From positions 27,404,001-27,468,000 of the forward strand of contig NC_134468.1 of assembly GCF_964194025.1 (NCBI RefSeq): 64,000 bases of DNA, given 5' to 3'. Below, in pieces: positions 1 to 14,183 of the stretch. The notes beneath the pieces were generated by a model. That model made no database searches. It saw only the letters and a program-made list of their open reading frames with translations, and was not told where the DNA came from. Position numbers and translations under genes: made by a program. Within the stretch, counting starts at the first letter, position 1, and each line of letters opens with the position of its first letter. The DNA is from Convolutriloba macropyga. Taxonomy: Eukaryota.

Positions 1-3000
1 GGTAATTGTAATTTCCAATTTTTGCAATTTGGGTGTTGAATCTTCAATATCAGAAGAAGAAGAATATTGAACTGAACGTCAGATCCCGCCGACAAAATTA
101 CGTTTGCTTTTACAATATCAATCAATTACAGAGTAGTTATTTCCTTCATTTGTTGAGTTTAAAGAATGCTGACACTTTTAAAACGAGGCGCCTTAAAAAT
201 GAGGTGCAAAAAAATTAGGCGCAACAATATCTAAATAACAATTGTTGCAAAAGGTACTTGTTGCAATGAAGAAGAAGAAGAATATTGCTTCGAACGCCAG
301 ATCCCAGACTGTAGTTGGTTCATTCATTTTGTGAGTGAATCGAAATTTGAAGTGGTGTCAATTTGAAAATTGAAGCGCAATAAATCAAAAGATTGTCTAA
401 GAAATATGTTTATGACTAAATATTCAGACGTTATCCTCCCACATGAAACAGCCTTCTATCCAGAAGAACTTTTTTGCTGACAGTGTACATTGAAATTTGC
501 TATCACTCTTCTGTGTTTCTGGGACAATCTTTCTGCCCATGCTGGCAAATAACATCGATTTTTCCAGAAAGTTCTTGTTAAACTGTACTTACTTACTCAG
601 CAGCAGTTTTTCCAAAAAGGTATTTCAAGTTTTTTTGTAATGTTTTTCACGTCGTTTTCAAAAAAGGGTTCCATTCAATTTTTGAGTTTTTACAATGAAG
701 AGAAATAAAGTATATTGTTATCTGACAAAACAAATTTTTACAAAATCTGCAGACGCGCAAATCATGTTTGACAGAGACTTCCATGAAGCGGAACAATTTT
801 TGCAGACAGTTTACATAAAACATTGCGATCACTCTTCTGTGTTTGGGGGACAATCTTTCAGCCCATGCTGGTCAAAGAACATCAATTTTCCCAGACAATT
901 CTAGTGAAAGTCTACTTGCTCACTCCGCAGCAGATTTTCAAAAAATTATTTCAATTTTTTGGTAACGTTTTTTATCTCTATTTTGAATAGATCGGCGGTG
1001 TAATTATCCAGGCCATTGCCGCCGGAAAGACAATTGAAAAATAATTGATTGTTTATCAAAGTTTACAAAAGGGTAAGGAAATTGCGGAATACTACCACCA
1101 AGCCAAATCTGTTTTCGACGTGGCCTCTCGACAATGCATGCAGCCTCCCATCTCAAAGAGGCAATTAAAATGAACGTGACACAATGTGAAAACCTCTACG
1201 CAATTTTTTTCATTATGAAAAGGCATTTGAATTTCTTTATCGGAATCTGTTGATATCAGGACTTGGTAAAGATGGGGTTCCTTTGGAGCAGCCTAACAAC
1301 GTCAGCCAATACGATTTTTTCGGTCTATTTGCCGCAAGAGTTCTGACACTCCACCGTTACCTGGTACCTTTGTTTGCTGGCATTACCAAATTTGTAGTGA
1401 TGTTTTGTTTCTTTTTTTTTCTTGTCTCTTTTTCTAATAACATTATTTTTTAAAACATGGTTGTCAATTAGGAAGAAACTTCTCTTAATACACTCATTTG
1501 TTATGCCATTTGGTCCTCCAGCTCTAATCTCTTTCCTGTTTGAGAGCACTTTGGTGATTGTAATGTTGATTTTTTGTAATTTGGGTGTTGAGTCTTTTAA
1601 CAGAAGAAGAAGAAGAACATTGAACTGAAGTCAGATCCTGCTGACAAAGTTACTATTGGTATTTACAATGTCAATTAATTACATAGTGTAATTATTTCTT
1701 TCAATTGGTAAAATGTTGAAGTCCTGACAGTTTAAACAGAATCACCATAAAAGTGAAGCGCAATAAAAATGGGGCGCAATAAAGTTTAGGCGCCACAATA
1801 TCTGAATAACACTTGTTGCAAAATGTAATTGTTGCAATGAAGAAGAACATCGCGTTGAACATCTGTTGCCTCTTAAAATTTTACATATGGAATATATAAT
1901 GTGAGGTATTTACATAGTGTAGTTATTTCTTTCAATTGGTGAGTTTATAACATTTTGAAGTCTTGACAGTTTCAGAAAGAGTCACTATAAAAGTGAGGCA
2001 AAAAACAATTGAAGTGCAATAAAATTTAGGCGCAACAATATCTGAACAACACTTGTTGCATTATGTACTTATTGCAATGAAGAAGAAGAATATTGCATTG
2101 ATTGTCATATCCCACTTACATGATTACAAGTGGTATATATAATGTGATGTATTTACATAGTGTAGTTATTTCTTTCAGTTGGTGAGTTTATAGCATTTTG
2201 AAGTTCTGACAGTTTCAAAAAGATTCGCTATAAAAATGAGGCACAATATAATTGAGATGCAAAAAAATTTAGGCGCAACAATATCTGAATAACACTTGTT
2301 GCATTATGTACTTGTTGCAATGAAGAAGAATATTGCATTGATTGTCAGATCCCACTCGAAAGATAACAAATGCTATTTATAATGTCAGGTATTTACAGAG
2401 TGTAGTTGTTTCATTCAGTTTGTGTTCTTAAAAATTTAAAGTGGTGTCAGATTCAAAATTGAAGCGCAATAAATCATATGATTATCTGATAAAATAGATT
2501 CAAGACAAAATGTGTAGACGCACAAGTTTTCCTCTCACTAGAAACAGCCTTCCATGCTGCAGGAATATTTTTACACAGTTTACATTAAACATTGTGATCA
2601 ATATTCCGTGTTTGTGGGACAATATTTCAGCCCATGCTGCTCAAAGAAAATTACTTTCTCCAGAAAATTTTTTGTCAGGGTGTACTTGCTTACTCCGCAG
2701 CAGTTTTTCCAAAAATTATTCTGGTTTTTCTGTAGTGCTTCTTTATCTCTCTCTTGAATAGATCGTTTGTGTACATGTTGACGCCATAGGTTGCCACCGG
2801 AAAAACAATTGAAAAACAATTGATTCTTTATCCAAGTTTACAAAAGGTTAAAAAAAATTGCTTAAATTCCGGAATAATACTACCAAGCTAGTTCAGTTTT
2901 CGACGTGGCCTCTCAACAATTCCTGCAGTCTCCCATCTCAAAGAAGCAATCAAATTGAAAATGACACAATTTGAAAAGTGCTTTATTACAAATGTTATAC

Positions 3001-3770
3001 GCATGCTTTTTGATTACGAAAAGGCATTTCTTCAAATTATGGAGTGGAACATGCTGACATCAAAATTGTTGAAATGGGGCTCCATGGTAGCATCCTAATA
3101 CTGTTGCAATCAGATTTTATGTGCAGCTTGCAACAAGAATAAGATGAGGAAACGATATGGGAGGAAATAAAGTAAGCAACCAGTTTTGCTCAAGGATGTA
3201 AAATACCCCTTTCTCTTTAGCTTTTTTATTGCTGATCTATACTACGAGTTAACACATGATGAATTAGTGGTCAGAAGGGTGATTGCAATGTTTTAAAGAA
3301 TATGTCTCCAGAAATATTTCTGCTGCACGGTAGGCTGTTACAAGTGGCAGAAAAACTGGCGCGTCTGCACATTTTGTGAAAACAACTTTTTTATTTGATA
3401 AATTTAAGTTATTTGGGCTTTAATTTTAAAACTGTCACCAATTCACTGTTTTTTTAAACTCACAAATTGAAGTTTTCAATTACACTCTGTAAAAAACTGT
3501 CATTTAATATACGATTTGTAATTTTGTCAGTAGGATTTGACGTTCAATTCTTTTTTCTTCTTATTATTACAATTTGGGTGTTCAGGTTTTTCAGGTTTTT
3601 ATCTGGTGAAAAAAAACAACCTTGGTTCCCTAAAAATTTGGGTGGGAAATGTTCTCCTTAGGGGATCATTTTTTAGCCCAATATATCCCTTAAAAACACA
3701 TCTACTAAGCCCTAATTGTAATTTATGTTCCTCTAGATGTCACCCGTTTTTAATTGGGGCTATGTGATAC
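1..3770. mobile_element. Nest of degenerate LINE fragments in both orientations, same family as the 9897-12425 element
   Basis: Repeated 3' termini (gaagaagaag...tcagatcc...gacaaa) match 9899-9941. Plus-strand RT remnants translate as ILPPSQ..FRRGLST and YEKAF (~1085-1270, ~2870-3270). Minus-strand C-terminal remnants match 10080-10390. Confidence 0.8.
1600..2465. repeat. ~240-bp tandem repeat built from a LINE 3' end
   Basis: gaagaagaa-tail motif recurs at ~1602, 1838, 2078 and 2321. The first three units also contain ttaggcgc(a/c)acaatatctgaa and cttgttgca. Confidence 0.8.
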
Positions 3771-4789
3771 TTGTTGTCTATGTCTTTGAAACGTCAAAGG
3801 AGCAAAAACAACTGTGTAATCAAGCTTGATTAAAGCTCTAACACACGGCTTGTTACTATTGACGGAAATATTCAGTACCAAAACACTGAATACAGAAAAA
3901 ATTACCTGTTTTAGTATTTAGCAAAACTTAGCGATCCAGGCAGACAACAAAATTTTATATCAGTAGCTATCAGTAAACACCTAAAAATTGCCTGTAAAAT
4001 TTTATCACAGAACAAAAATCACATAGCTGTAGCGGTGGAAGAACTTTACTTCATAGGTATTGCAGACTATTTAGCACAGAAAACGGAGTCGGAAATCACT
4101 TATCAGAAACTAACCAAAGATAGGCAGCATTGTCATTGCAGTAGACAAGTAATATTTGGAGCTGAATTCAATTGTAGAGTCTACTTCAGGACTCTCAGTG
4201 ACTTCGCAGATAAACGGCTAATACGCATACGGTGCAAAACCGATAAAATGAAATGGAATTTTTTCAAAAGCGCTAAATTTCTAAAAGTTGAACGTTTCAA
4301 ATCTATTTACACACATACAGATCTGAAGTTCTAGAGAGAGACCCGAATGACATTGACAGCCGAACCTACAAACGGAAGGCGGCAAATGCAAGCCAGAAAT
4401 TAAAGTAAATTGGTAATCTGATAATTTAAACGAATTTCTCAAGTCTAAGCGTATATTTTTGTAACGCCGCCAAAGGTTCAAGAATAACTGGAATCAGTTT
4501 GCATTGGATCTTTAACACGCGACTTTTTAATTCTGACCAAAATTATTAGTATCAAAATCCTGCAAATACAAAATTTTATATGGTTTAATATATTAGCCAA
4601 TTACAGCAGTCGAGGAAGACAACTCATTGATATATAAAAATTATTGAGAAAACACAAAAAAGCTACCTGCAAGGTTTTATCTCAGAACGATAACTATAAA
4701 ACCGTAGTATTAGAATTTAACCAAACAATTATCGCAGCCTGTTTTTCTCGGAAAACGGACTTGGAATTCATTTAGCAGAAACGAAACGA

Positions 4790-7325
4790 AGGTATGCACA
4801 AACACAATCGGATACTCACATACAACAGTACTCACACACTGCTGAGATATGACTTCAAATTTAGATTTAAAACCACAACTTGCCGTGCTTTATTCTCTGT
4901 TTTTATGAATTATTGGGATACGCACAAGTTAAACGAACACAACAAATCAACTTTTGAATCTCAAAACGGCAAAAACGTAATCGAATTAATCTTTGTAAGC
5001 AGCAGATTTTTCAGTCAAGTCTTAACGAAACACAAACCGGTGATATACAGTGTTGAGCTAAAAGGCAAACTTCAAACATTAGCACTTAGAGGAATGAAAA
5101 TACGAAAAATAGAAATGGGTAAACTGTCAAAAGCGATGAAAGAAGTGCAAAAACCTACAGCACCGAGTGAAATCAATAATTTATTCTCACATTTCACCAA
5201 GTTCATCTATGAATCAGCATTCGCCTCTACTAAAAGAAGATCACAAAAATGGTTTAATAAAGAGTTTTACGTGCTTCACAAACAACTGAAAGCTGAAAAT
5301 AGACACAGGTTTTAGGTGGTATCACGTTTCCTTGAAATAAAACGAACCTTCAGAAAAAAGTGTAAATTTGACAAAAATGCATTGAATTGGCCAAGCACAA
5401 TAGGTAATCGTGAAAATAGAATCTAATTTGAAAAATTCTGGGAAATCTTGAAATAAAAACAGGTGACATCTAGAGGAACAAAATTCACTATTAGGGCTTG
5501 GGAGGCGTATTTGAAAGGACTACATGGGCTAAAACAACAATCCCAGAGGGGAAAGTTTCCCAAGCCAAAAATTTGGGAAAGCATGATCATTCTTTGACCG
5601 ACTGAGACTTTTTTAAGCCTAAATATGCAAATTACAATTATTGAAATCACCAAAGAACTCTTAAAACTGAAAAACGATGAAGCTGGAGGCGCAGATGGCA
5701 TAACAAACCAGTGCATCAACAAAAGTTTGTGGTAATTGACTACTAGCTTTTTCATCCGTTCAATCTCTATTTTACAGGGAGTTTACTTCCAAATATCTGG
5801 AAATTATTATATATAAAACCTTTATACAAAGTGAAGGGTCAACAAACAGAAGCCAGTTCTTATAGAGGAATTAGTTTGCTATGCTGTTTGTATTGTTTAT
5901 GAACGTTTACAAAATTAGTGACCAAATTTTGGACTACTACCGCCCAGACGTTACGATTTTTGACGTGACCTTTCGACAACGCTTGCAGCCTCCCGTTTGA
6001 GAAGCAATCAAAACGAACGTGACACTGTGGAAAGATCTACTCATGCTTTATTGATGGCGAAAAGGCATTTTGCTTTATTGATCGGTATCTGTTGATTTCA
6101 GGACTGGTTAGAATGGGGCTCCACAGGAATCCCTTAACAACACTGCACTCTGTACTTAGGTGCAAACTGCAACAATTATTAGATGAGGAAATGCTATTGT
6201 TGTTGTTATTGTTGGGGATTTTTTTTACTGAAGGGATTTCTCCCGATCAAAAAATTAGTCCATGTCTCTCTACGGTGTTGACAGTCACAACAGATCTGCC
6301 ATGTGCAGACGTTTTCTGGTTTGTACCGCATCATGATATCATTCCACATTTGCTTTAGAATTCTGTGTTTTAGGCCGTGTTGATTTCCGAAGTCAATGCT
6401 GTGATGAAGTCTGTTGGCTATCTTTTGGGTGCAGGAGAAAAATTCGCCGCGAGATCTTTCAAGTCGTTTTTTCGTTAAGTCAGAGTAATCGTCTCTTCTC
6501 AATGTATCGGAAAAATTATCGCAAGAAACTGGTGTTGCTGAAGGAGACAATCTATCGCCTTTGCTTTTCAGTCTTTTTATTGCTTATCTATACTACGATT
6601 TGAAACGTTATGATTTAAGCGCAATTATCTATGCCGACGACCTATTACTCGGTAGCAGCAATCATTCGTATTTACAGCAAAGTTGAAACAAACTCGAATA
6701 TTACTGCTCTAGAAACTACTTTAAAGTTTATATCGCAAGGACAAAAGTCTTCACATTCAGAAGAGGAGGTCTACTTTTTCTGTCAAAACAATCATCTACA
6801 CTAACACTTTTTGTTATCTAGTGGTCATCTTATCAAGTTTCTTAACGCCAAGACACCACCTAAACCACTTAGTTAATAAAACCCATCAAGCGGTTGCAAC
6901 GCTTAATCAAAAACTCAACTTGACGAAAACCAACTTCAATTCTGTACATCGTCTGTTCAATTCAAATGTTTTTCCAGCGCAAACCTATGGCAACATTTAC
7001 ACCGTTGATCTATTCGAATTAGAGACCGCAAACTAGAAGGATTTTTTTGGAAAATCTGCTGCTGGAAAAATTGGTCTGGACCACTATTTCTGCTGCATGG
7101 AAGGCTGTTACAACTGGGAGGAAAACTTGTGCGTCTGAAGATTTTGGGAAAAATCTATTTTATCTGATGATCAGATACTATATTAAGATTTATTTTTACA
7201 ACTCTCACTACTCCAAAAGTTTTTTAAACTTGCAAATTTAAGTTTTGAATTACACTCTGTAAATAATTGAAATTGTTAATACCATTTGTAAATTTGTCAG
7301 TTGGATCTGACGTTCAATTCAATAT
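4790..7325 (+). pseudogene. Degenerate LINE ORF2 (endonuclease end, linker, RT, 3' end)
   Basis: ORF 4794-5315 (KWFNKEFYVLHKQLKA) aligns with KWFKRELYILHKQLKA of 11196-12392. RT remnants GVAEGDNLSPLLFSLFIA and YADDLLL lie at ~6530-6650. Many stops and frameshifts. An unrelated-looking antisense fragment with a (CAA)n-like tail interrupts it at ~6197-6500. Confidence 0.8.
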
Positions 7326-7350
7326 CTCTCAAAGTGTTGTCTCTACATTT

Positions 7351-10300
7351 GTCAAGTCAAAACTGCAACGAGGGCCGTGTTCACAGCCTCTTTGCCAAAG
7401 CTCTCTTCGTCTACGTGTGAATATTGTATGACTCCAGATCAGCTTCGTATGAATTCAGGATATTCGCCTTGGCTCGGCCTTTGGGAGGAAAGGAATTTAT
7501 GTGGTACAGGATGTCTTGGATGGGATGATTTCGGCGAAGTTTATGACCAAGATGGGCTGTTCTTCGTTTTGCAATGTGATCTGAAATGGGGGTTTGTCTT
7601 GTCATATGATATAATTTCTCGTTTTTGACAATTTTTGGGTAGTGTATGTCTAGGCAAGCTCTGAGTTGTCTTCTGTGGAAGGAATCTAATCCCATGGCCA
7701 TCATGCCATTGCTACACCAAGTTGAACAGTTGTACAGTAGGATGGATTTAACATAGACGTCGTAAATGCACATTTTGGTTTTCACGTTTATGAATTTGTT
7801 TTTCCAGATTCTTCTGAACTTAGACATGGCGAGTTGGGCTAGATGTTTTCGCCGACTGATTTCAGCTCCCTCATCAAGATTGGTACACAGTTTCTTGATC
7901 TTGCGTAGATCTGTGTCTTTGTGGTACTGAAATATCTCTGGCTTTTGATGATTAACGCATAGGTTGTATCTGGCGAGTACATCTGCTGAAACTTTGCAGA
8001 CTTCATCTGCTTCCTCCTGGATACTACAGATGAAATCAACGTCATCTGCGTACTCTAGATGACTTGTGAGGCTTGGGATGGCTTTTTTATGATAATCGTG
8101 GCCATGTAGGACGGTTACCATATCTCGGATAGGGCTGTTTGTCTGGATTTCTTTTTCCAATTCTCTCAATGCTTCGTCCAGATATACTGTAAACAGCTTT
8201 GGTGATAGGACGTCTCCTTGTGGAACTCCTTTGTTTGTGCTAAAAATTTCTCCCTGTTGCTTACCGGCTTTGACCTTTAATGTTGTGTTTGTGAGTAGAA
8301 GCCTGATTAGGCTCATGTCCCATTCTGGAACTCCTTTAGAGCGAAGAATATTGATCAGCTTGTCTCTCAGAACGTTGTCGAAGGCTTTGGACTTATCTAT
8401 TCCAACGCAATATCTGTTGAAGCCTTTCGCTAGAGAACCTGCAACCAGATATTTGTGTGCTAGCGCGATGTCGCGCGTTGATCTACCACTACGGTAAGCA
8501 AATCGTGTGTTCGAGATGGAGCTTTCAGTTAATGGATTTATTCTTTGGAGTATTATTTGAGATAGGAGCTTCCTATATGATGAGAGGAGGATTACTGGTC
8601 GGTGATTTTCAGGTTTGCTTGCGTCCTTGAATGGTTTTTTGATTGGAACAGGGAAACCTTCAGTCAAGACCTTGTCTCTCCCGATGATGAGCTTGTTCAT
8701 TTTTGAAGTCAGTGACAATATTTCTTATTTTTTGAGATCTTCGGCGGTCACATCATCCGGGCCTGGTGATTTCCCGTTTTTGAGCTGTTTCCTGGCAAGT
8801 TTCACCTCTTCTTGAGTCACTAGCTTTGTGAAACTTGGAGCCCAAGAAGGGTTGTTGTCCGTGGTAAAGGCCTCTTTGAAGTGTTCAGTTAGCTTCTCAA
8901 TTGGTACTTCAATTTTTTTCCGTTTCCGTCTGAAAAGAATCTTTTTGATTGCTAGTGCATTATATTTAGCGTTTGCTTCATTGTGCATTATTTCGTTTGC
9001 TTCAATTAGTAGAGCTACACTCTCCAGGTGTCCAACTCTTCTTTTTACACACATACTGAGTCTGTTTCTTTGTTTTCTCAGGTTCTCTGTTTTTGATGGG
9101 TCATTCGTTTGGGACTTCTGCCGAATAAGCGTTTTCTTGTTTTTCAGTACTGTCAAAACGTGATCTACTTCAAGTGGTCTTTTTGGAGTTTTTTGCCTCG
9201 CTCAAGGTCATTTTTCCTGTGAAGGATCTTTAACACTAGTCTGTGGTCTGTGTCGACACTGAAAACATTATAACTTCCTGCGTTTATCATTGAATGTTTT
9301 CTTCGTGCTTGAAGCAGTATGTAGTCTATTTGATTATAGACCTTCTTCTTGTATATTACACCTTCCCAGGTTGTGATGTGGCAGGCTCGGTGGTGGAAGA
9401 ACGTGTTCGCAGCTATTAATTGATTGTCTGAAAGAAATTGGTGAATAAAATCTCCATTCTGGTTTTTTGAGTCTCTCCCGTGTGAGCCCATGCAGTCGTC
9501 ACTGTAAGCTTGCTTCCCCAATTTGGTATTGAAATCACCAGTGATAACAAAATCCATTCCTTTGAACTTATCTACAGTAGATTTCAGATCAATGTAAAAC
9601 TTCTCTGCAAGGGTGTCGTCTTTCGCCACCAGTCTCATATGGGGTGCGTAAGCGTTTATCACCACCAGAAGATTCTTCCTTCTTTTCTCTTCGAAAAGCA
9701 CATGTCTCGTTTCATCCGTGCGTTTCATGCCCCATTTGGATGCTTTCTTCAGAGTAAGGTACGCAATTCTTGGGGTTACTTGGTCGAAATTCACGACTTC
9801 AATGTGCTTCTTTACTTGTACGTGTTGGGTTTTGTTGGGTTTTTGTTCTGCTGAATGTCAGAAATCTGTATTCCTAGTACGTGTTGGGTTTTTGTAAGAA
9901 GAAGAAGAAGATTGAATTAAACATCAGATCACACTGACAAATTGTCCAAATTATTTACAGATTCAGAAATGAGCATTAAATTTAACTGTTTAAGAGTTTA
10001 TAGAACTTCTGTAAAGGTGTCAAATTTAAAAAGTGACTACAATAAAGAATATGGTCTGTTGATAAAAGAGTTCTTTCGCAAAATCTACACACACATAAGT
10101 TTTCCTCCCATTGATAACAACCTTCCAAACAACAAAAATTATTGTGCAGTCCATTGGCATAGAACTTTGCAATTATTCTCCTGTGTTTTGGCGGGCAGTC
10201 CTTCAGTCCGTGTATATCATGAAACATCAATTTGTTTAAAAGCGTTGTGGTTGAGGTGTACTTGCTTACTCCGCACCAACTTTTCCAAAAAACGGCTTCT

Positions 10301-12600
10301 GATTTCCGGTAATGTTGTTTTATATCTATTTCAAAAAGTTCATCGATGTACGTCTCTAATCCGTAAGTTGAGGCTGGAAAAACAATTGAATTAAAAAGTT
10401 GTTGTGTGAGTTGAAGTTGACATTCTGCAGATTTAGTTTCTGGTTTATTGAAGCTACTGATTGATAGGCTTTGTTCATTAGATTGCTTAGATGGTGACTG
10501 GGAGATAACGTGCTCGAAAAAATTACACCTTGATAACAGAAGGTGTTAGCAAATTCAACTTCTTTTTTCGATATATAGAATTTGTCATCGACAGCTAAAC
10601 GGCCACCTCTTCTAAATTTCATGCATTTTGTCTTGTTCACATTAATTTTCAAATAATTCCTGCTACAATACGTGTTCAGATTATTCAAACTTTTTTGTAG
10701 TTGGCCTTGGCTATGGCTTCCAAGTACTAAGTCATCAGCGTAAAATATGACATCTAGACCCTTGCATTTCAACTCAAAATATAAATCAGCTATGAATAAA
10801 CTAAACAAAAGTGGTGAGAGTTTGTCTCCTTGTGCTACTCCTGTTTTCTCTTCAATCTCGTTTGACAAGATTTCTCCATCAAGTATCTGCTGAAAGTTGC
10901 ATTTTAGCACTGATTGTATTGTGTGTAGAATGTTCCCATGGAGCCCCATTTTGATCAGTTTTGTAAGCAGCAGGTTCCTATTCACGAAGTCGAAAGCTTT
11001 TTCGTAGTCAATGAAGCAGGCATAGTATTTGCCACTGCAGCTGATGTTATGCTTGATTGCTCTTTTTAAGTGCGAAACTGCGTCGATTGTTGACAGTTTG
11101 CGTCTAAAACCATATTGGCTTGGTGGTAAAATTTGATTTTTCTCGACCCATGATCGCAAACGCTGGTAAATGATACCCGTGAACAACTTGTACATTCAAC
11201 ATAATAGGCTAATGCCTCTGTAGGAACTTGGTTCTGCTTTGCTCCCTTTGTACAGTGGTTTAATATATGTTAACTTCCAAATTCGTGGTACATTATGCTC
11301 CGCAAAGCAGAGGTTAAATAAATGGAATACGTATCTTTGCATTGAATGAAAACCTAATTTAATACTAGTGTTGGTTATTCCATCTGGTCCCGCTGCCTTA
11401 CCAGCTTTTAACTTTGAAGCTTCATCGGTAATTTCTTCCAGTGTTATTGGATCATTCAAATACCCGGTATATTTCCAGTTTGAAAAACAATAATCGTGGT
11501 TTCCTAAAGTTTGCTCGTCTAGAAGTTTATCCGATATTTCGCCCTCAGCTTTAAATAGACCTTCGAAATATGATTCCCAAACTGGAATTGTAATTCCAGA
11601 TACTTTTGTTAAAACTTTCTTTGATTTCAGAATTTTCCAAAATTCTCGCCTTTCCGAATCCGCTTTTCTGATTATGAAACTTTCACGATCTATTTCATGC
11701 ATCATTTTGTGTTTTCTGCAAAGTTTCTTAAAGGCTCTTTTCATTTTAAAGTAATCAGGATCTGCTTTGTGTCTCTGTCTGTATCCAGCTTTCAGCTGCT
11801 TATGCAATATGTACAGTTCTCTTTTGAACCATTTTGGTGATTTTCTTTCATGCATAACGGTTGCCGATTCTTGAATAGCCTTGGCGAATTCGTCATACGA
11901 TGTGTCCAATGCGTTGCTATCGTGTGGATTTTGAGCGCTTTTCATTCGTTCGTTCAATTGTTCAATATCAAATTTACGCATTTGCTTCTTTCTGCTTTCA
12001 GCTATATCTTGTTTGTGTTTTAGATCAAAGCAGCAAGAAACCGGCTTTTGCTTTGTTAACAATGAATTGTTTATCTTTATCTCGTTAAAATGTTCTAGGA
12101 GTTCCTTGCTTACGAAAAACAAATCGATAACGCTTTTACCGTACTGAAATTCGTACGTTACCTCTTTAATATCGTTAACACAATGAAGATTCCAATTAAT
12201 TAAAAATTCGCAAAGTGAGTTGCCTCTTTCGGATGAGTCAAGTCTGCAATTGAAGTCGCCGCCCAGGACCATACGTGCTTTGCCTTGACAGCATTGAAAA
12301 GCTTCGGTAAGTGCTTGATATATTGTCTCTAGATCTGTTTTTGGCGGAAAATATGCTACAATTATAATTAGGCTGAATTCTTTCATCTGCAATGCTAATA
12401 ATTTATTGTTCTGATGGAGAACATTGCATGTTGGTTTTTGTTGGGTTTTTGTTCTGTTGAATGTCAGAAATCTGTATTCGCCATTTGATGTCTGGTGTGA
12501 ATTTGTTTCTCTGTTGTCATTTAATCCAAATTTTCGTTAACCACAACTCCGTCTTATGGACATGACAAGGGGATAAAAGATGAGTAAGTATAATTTGAGA
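7351..12600 (-). mobile_element. RTE-clade LINE (APE endonuclease + RT), disrupted, interrupted by a second LINE at 9897-12425
   Basis: EN motifs AYAPH, GDFN, NQIDYIL, DTDHRLV (9165-9794). RT motifs KAFD, GVPQGDVLSPKLF, YADD (7411-8718). (TTGAC)2 tail at 7351-7360. Sequence resumes after 12425. Confidence 0.88.
9897..12425 (-). mobile_element. 5'-truncated LINE (L2/CR1-group-like, clade not resolved) with EN and RT, one in-frame stop and a C-terminal frameshift
   Basis: ORF 11196-12392 has GGDFNCR and SVIDLFFVS. ORF 10356-11195 has QYGFR, DYEKAFD, GVAQGDKLSP and FYADD. Cys/His-rich C-terminus at 9982-10230. (CTT)n tail at ~9897-9911. Confidence 0.9.
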
Positions 12601-13249
12601 ACTCCAGAATTTAAAGTTCTTAATTTATGGATATTTCTTTCCCCCAGAATAACCGATAATAGCAGTACTCAGTGTATTGTTTTCAGTTGTCGTTCAGTAC
12701 CAATATGTTGGCATCTCTATGATTCGTGTGTTGCTAGCCATTAAAAATGATGGCAGGACTACCTTAATTTTGAATAGAGGTCTGACCGTTTTTCTTTGTT
12801 ACCCTCACCCACTGTCATTTCATGCCCCCACATACATATGATATGATAAATTGAGTACCAGAAAGCAATGACACCACCGGGTCAGAAAATTTGGAGCCGA
12901 ACCAATGGTTTATTTGACCGAACTGCGATTTATTGCAATTAATTAAAGTAATGAATAATCCGTCATTAACCTTATCTGGGAGCTCTTAACAGTAGTGAAG
13001 TTTCATGTACTTTTCCCCTTGATCCTATGCTGTAGAAAATTTAAACCTTAACGCTATATGTACTCATTATTGAGCTTAAATTATTACTTGAGTCGTCATT
13101 GTTTGCTTAATTTCGGTGGATCTTTTCCGTTTGTGAATAATAACACATAATTGGTAATTGGGGTTATAAATGGCACTTGGGTTCCAAAACAGAATAGATC
13201 CAAATAATTTTTCAATTATTTGCTGCAAAGTTGAAGTATTATATATAAA

Positions 13250-13569
13250 CTATGCTGTTATAGGAAATGTAAAAATTTGTTTTTGTTTTTCGATAAGTTT
13301 GCAAATTCGCATCTCCTCCAATTTGTTGTGCCATTTCCCGTCAAACTTTAAGGATGACCCAATTATCAAGCCATCGGCTATTTGATACTGGGAAATGTTT
13401 TCTGGCGTGACTCCTGAACCCACTAGTACAGGCAGCTTAGGTGCTGCATTCTTAGCGTGCAACAATTGTTTTCTGTCAGCTGTCTGGCCTGTATGCTTGC
13501 CGGTGATGACTAAGCCGTTAGCTTCAAAAAATTCAGCTGCCTTCGCGTGCTCATCTATAGTCAGGTCAC
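13250..13569 (-). CDS. BtpA/SgcQ-family protein, last exon
   Basis: tttcag acceptor at 13571-13570. Translation GDLTIDEHAKAAEFFEANGLVITGKHTG...PVLVGSGVTPENI...ADGLIIGSSLKFDGKW, a typical BtpA C-terminus. Stop at 13250. Confidence 0.9.
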
Positions 13570-13687
13570 CTGAAAGATTCTTTTCTTTTCCGTCATTTCA
13601 TTAATTGAATTAAGTAAACTTAAATATAACGTTTTTAGGTATTTCAAATGAGTTAAACTCAAATTGCGAATTACATCTATCGGTATA

Positions 13688-13743
13688 TGTACACTATAAT
13701 ACTCGGTTTGGTATGTTTACCAAACCGCGTATTATAGTGTACA
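13688..13743. repeat. 26-bp-arm palindrome with further partial copies downstream
   Basis: tgtacactataatactcggtttggta-tgtt-taccaaaccgcgtattatagtgtaca, one mismatch. Confidence 0.9.
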
Positions 13744-14183
13744 AACCGCGTATTATAGGGGGAGGCTAAATTATGTTTACCAAACAGCGTATTATTGGGG
13801 GGGGGGGGGGGCTATAGGTAATCTGACCACTAAAATGGGGAGTCTATAATGGGAAAGGCCCCGCGGTTTTATTTACTAGAAGCCATTCTTTTTGTCCAAG
13901 ATGGCCGCCTGCGCTTGTTCTGCTAATACAGGTCATCCGTTTTCCTAACTAGGTACCTCTTTTCTGAACTCGGTCAGTGCCAGTTTGGCTTTGAAAAAAA
14001 TGTTCACAGTCCCTGGGACAGATTCAGTTCATCACCTTGTCACATTATGGTAACATTCGCCTAAGTGTAGACTGCGTTTTATTCACAATAATAGCGGTGC
14101 TATGTTTTTACCACGTTTAGTACTTAGTGGACAGCTCATTTCTGTAATGAGTGCTTATTGCAATCACAAGATTTTCGTCAATG

